From: the human T2T-CHM13v2.0 reference genome, Homo sapiens
Strand: one strand, 5' to 3'
Assembly (NCBI RefSeq): GCF_009914755.1
Contig: NC_060928.1
DNA length: 64,000 nucleotides
Part shown: positions 60,552 through 64,000 of the stretch, piece by piece
Layout: each line of letters begins with the position of its first letter
Position numbering within the stretch: the first letter of the stretch is position 1
The notes under the pieces: model-generated
The model's input: the letters and a program-made list of their open reading frames with translations, nothing else
What the model was told of the DNA's origin: nothing
Database searches by the model: none
Translations under genes and position numbers: made by a program

Positions 60552-61008
60552 TGTGGGGGCCACCTCCCGGCAGGGTGCTGGTGCCCGGGCCCCGTGGCCT
60601 TGTGTGGCCTGGCTCCGTGGGGGCCACCTCCCGGCAGGGTGCTGGTGCCCGGGCCCCGTGGCCTTGTGTGGCCTGGCTCCGTGGGGGCCACCTCCCGGCA
60701 GGGTGCTGGTGCCCGGGCCCCGTGGCCTTGTGTGGCCTGGCTCCGTGGGGGCCACCTCCCGGCAGGGTGCTGGTGCCCGGGCCCCGTGGCCTTGTGTGGC
60801 CTGGCTCCGTGGGGGCCACCTCCCGGCAGGGTGCTGGTGCCCGGGCCCCGTGGCCTTGTGTGGCCTGGCTCTGTGGGGGCCACCTCCCGGCAGGGTGCTG
60901 GTGCCCGGGCCCCGTGGCATTGTGTGGCCTGGCTCCGTGGGGGCCACCTCCCCGCACGGTGCTGGTGCGCGGGCCCCGTGGCCTTGTGTGGCCTGGCTCC
61001 GTGGGGGC
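60552..61008. repeat. CpG-rich 63-bp VNTR, about 7 copies
   Basis: gggggccacctcccggcagggtgctggtgcccgggccccgtggccttgtgtggcctggctccgt repeated almost perfectly. Confidence 0.97.
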
Positions 61009-62380
61009 TGGGCTTGGAGCCGCAGTCCCCTGCACACCTGGGCTTTGTCTCTGGTGAACATGTGGGCTCCCGCCCTAGGGGTCAGGGGTCAGGCCCCTCT
61101 TCAGTTGTCCTTCCTCCCTTCAGGAAACAGCTGCGATCGCAGGCGCCTTTGAGGTGTTGCTGCTGGGAATGCTTTTTAGAGATGCAGGTGTGTGTCAGAG
61201 TGATTCTGTTTTTCGGTTTTTCTCTTATAAACCCATTAAGGGTCCCCTTGCTTGGTATTCCTCCAACAGGGATCTCTCTCCCGGGAAGTTTCCCTCAGCT
61301 GTGCTGTGGGAACAGGAATGCAGGCGCCTCCATCCCGGGGGTACCTCAACCCTGGGGGCATCTCCACCCTGGGGCACCTCCACCCCAGCCACCCCAGGGC
61401 ACCACCACCCTGGCCACCCTGGGGGCATGACCTTCAGCTGCCCTAGCAGCCCTGCCAGCCCCTCTCCTGGCCTGAGGGAGCTGAAGGTGAGGAATGACCG
61501 CCCTGCTGTGCTGAGCCCACACCAGGTTTGCGGTGGGTGAGCTGCAGAGGCGGGGCTCTCAGGGAAGGATGGTGCGCCCTGGGGGCTGCGTGCGAGCTCC
61601 CACACCCTGTCCTGGGCCGTGGTGGGGCTGTTGGAAGGATGCAGGCCAGAGGGAAGGTGAGGCGGAGAAGAGCTTGCCCACAGCCGCTTCTGAGCGCGTG
61701 GATGGAGCAGTTGATGCCCACCGTGTGGCCATGTTACTGAGCAGTGGGCTCGCTACCCAGTGCACACAGAAGCCAGTACTGCAGCAGCAGCTTTTGGGAA
61801 GAGAAAGGCTTTACCAGGGCAGGCAGCAGGGAGGCAGGTGCCTCCCCAGTTCTTCTTGGCCCTGTTATGCCCGCAAGACAGCTTGGCGTTCTGTTAGCAA
61901 CAGAGCAGGCCTGCCTGGGCTGGTCTTATGGTCACAGCTGCAGCCATGGTGTCTTGTGCCACAGCCGTGCTGTGTGCAGGAGCCACCGTCTTTCTCTGGC
62001 CTGATGAGATGAGTCACCACACAGGTCCCTGCCTCTGCCCACTAAGTCGGGCGCAGGAAGGGGCAGGGTGGGCTCAAGGAACTGGCTTTTCTCAGGGGAA
62101 AAAGAAAGCAAGCCTTCCTGCCATTCTCCAGCTCCTCAATGGGAGGAGGGAGGCGGGGGTGGCACGAGGGCTCTCCAGACTCAGTGAGGGATCCCCCCAC
62201 ACCTACCCTGGCAGAGAAGTGGCCTTGTCAAAAGGAAATGGAGGTGGTTTTCATACAAGTCCTCAAGGACAGAATGTTCCAGAAGTACTTGTCCCTTTCT
62301 GTCACCTGACATGCTGTGGTCACACCAGCACCACGGGAGAACCCTGTGTGGGGAGCTAGCCCTGGCCCGTTGCCTAAGAG

Positions 62381-62610
62381 CAGACGCACCTGCTCCACCT
62401 GGTGGGAAGATAACTCACCTAAGCCCCGGGGGCACCGCAGACGCACCTGCTCCACCTGGTGGGAAGATAACTGCCCTAAGCCTCAGGGGCACCGCAGACG
62501 CACCTGCTCCACCTGGTGAGAAGATAACTGCCCTAAGCCTCGGGGGCACCACAGACGCACCTGCTCCACCTGGTGGGAAGATAACTCCCCTAAGCCCCGG
62601 GGGCACCGCC
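62381..62610. repeat. 57-bp tandem repeat, 4 copies
   Basis: cagacgcacctgctccacctggtg at 62381, 62438, 62495, 62552. Confidence 0.95.
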
Positions 62611-62935
62611 GCCCTCGCACCGGTGTGACGCCATTCCACAGGAGGGCAGCACCTCCCACAGGGACCTGGGGAGTCAGCCAGGGTTACAGTTCGTGGTTTT
62701 AACATAGACTCTAAACAGCCCCCAGCACAGGGGCAGTGCAGAGGTGGTGTGATTTTGGGGAACAAGAACAGCCTTGGAGACGATCTTAAATGCAGTCCAA
62801 CCGTGGCTGATGTTGGAGCCCTAAGCAGGGGAAAAAGCTCCACAAGAAATAGGAATTTCCAGGGCTCTGCCCACCGGGAGCTGTGTTCATACACAGGGTC
62901 TGGGGGTTGATTTGTATTGGGGTGTTTTTCCACAG

Positions 62936-63047
62936 ACAGAAGCCCTGGGGGATGCGGAGGAAGATGAGGACGATGAGGACTTTGTGGAGGTCCCTGAGAA
63001 GGAGGGGTATGAGCCACACATCCCCGACCACTTGCGGCCTGAGTATG
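62936..63047 (+). CDS. UVSSA: UVSSA coding exon 7, [37 protein letters not shown](G); gene continues beyond the window
   Basis: ccacag|ACA ... TAT G|gtgagc; cumulative numbering places F408, V411 and K414 here, the known TFIIH-p62-binding motif and ubiquitylation site. Confidence 0.96.
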
Positions 63048-64000
63048 GTGAGCAGTGGGTCCCGTGGGGGGGGCACCTGGGTGGAGGGTCCCCCACTCAG
63101 GATGTGGCCCCTTGGGGTCATGACCTCAGGGGCAGGGCCTGGAGCCCATCTTGTGGTAACTGCTGCTTTGGTTTAAAATGCTGCTTTTCCTGCTCACGGT
63201 CGTAGCCACGAGGCCGAGAAGTCGTGTGTGTGCTTTTCCTCTACGTTCTGGCTCCGTCTCGGGTTCTCGGGCCTGGGGCCCTCCCTGCAGCCTGCCCCGC
63301 GGTGGGCTTCCTCTCTGGTGGTCCTGCTGGTCCTCCTCTGCCAGGCAGGCCCTCAGGTGCCCGGGTCTGGGACAGGGGCCACCATCCTACCCTTGGTTCT
63401 TGTGTGTGGAGGACACCGGCCTGCACACCCAGCACACCGGCCTGCTGTGAGGACGCAGCGGGGCAGGTCTCTCCCTCTGTGCCATCCGCAGCCCTGCTCA
63501 GGGACAGAAAGGTCTCACTCACGAGGGTGGGCTCTCGTGGGCTCCTTGAACTTGAGGGTTGTGGGTGTGATTCCCGCAGCTACAGGAGCTGTTGCTGGCA
63601 GGTGGGAGGGGCCACCACCCCGCGCCTTCCAGGCTCCCATCCCCGCTTACGGGGGTCACAAGCACAGGCATCGCTCCTCACCGCTGGTGATGCCACAGCC
63701 TCGGGTCTGGGCCCAGGGCTGCTGTGCACTCCACGGCAAGGGGCTCTTCTCACTGTCAGGGAGCACTCGGGAGGTGCCGAACCCTGCCACAGCCTGTGCC
63801 GTGGAGGGCTTAGGTTTTTCAAAAATACCTCCCAAAACTGCGTTCCAGTGACACACCCAGGATTGTGGCCCTGGGGGATGGGCGTGGACCCAGGTGGGTC
63901 TACTCTTAAAGTTCCCCAGAGTACCCACAGTGGTGTTTGCATGGAGGGGAGGCAAATGAAAACAAGACCCTCAGCTTTTGTGTGGAATGGACAAGTTGGT

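Noticed and set aside
60319-61430. Overlapping 170-280-aa ORFs on both strands
   Set aside because: The 63-bp unit is a multiple of 3 with no stops; no coding signature

Overview
Human (or very close great-ape) genomic DNA, recognisable as the MAEA-UVSSA interval of subtelomeric 4p16.3; both genes are on the + strand. The window holds MAEA coding exons 2-9. These splice to 373 codons, which with the 23 residues of the off-window first exon gives the known 396-aa CTLH/GID E3-ligase subunit. The MAEA 3'UTR follows, then a CpG-island promoter and the first seven UVSSA coding exons (residues 1-429). The rest is Alu/L1/L2/MLT/MER/Tigger relics and an unusually dense set of minisatellites. Almost all ORF-track entries are spurious products of GC-rich, Alu or VNTR sequence. 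I see no convincing wholly new biological system. The best leads are: (1) an intact in-frame 114-nt cassette exon in MAEA intron 4 with a competing upstream acceptor that would make it a poison exon; (2) a U12-type minor intron in MAEA filled with a branch-point-like VNTR; (3) a GC-AG UVSSA intron whose upstream exon has a stack of Alus inserted into its acceptor; (4) homeodomain-motif-rich AT islands in an Alu-free 11-kb UVSSA intron, candidate long-range enhancers. Exon coordinates were read from splice sites. Repeat boundaries and family names are by eye and approximate.
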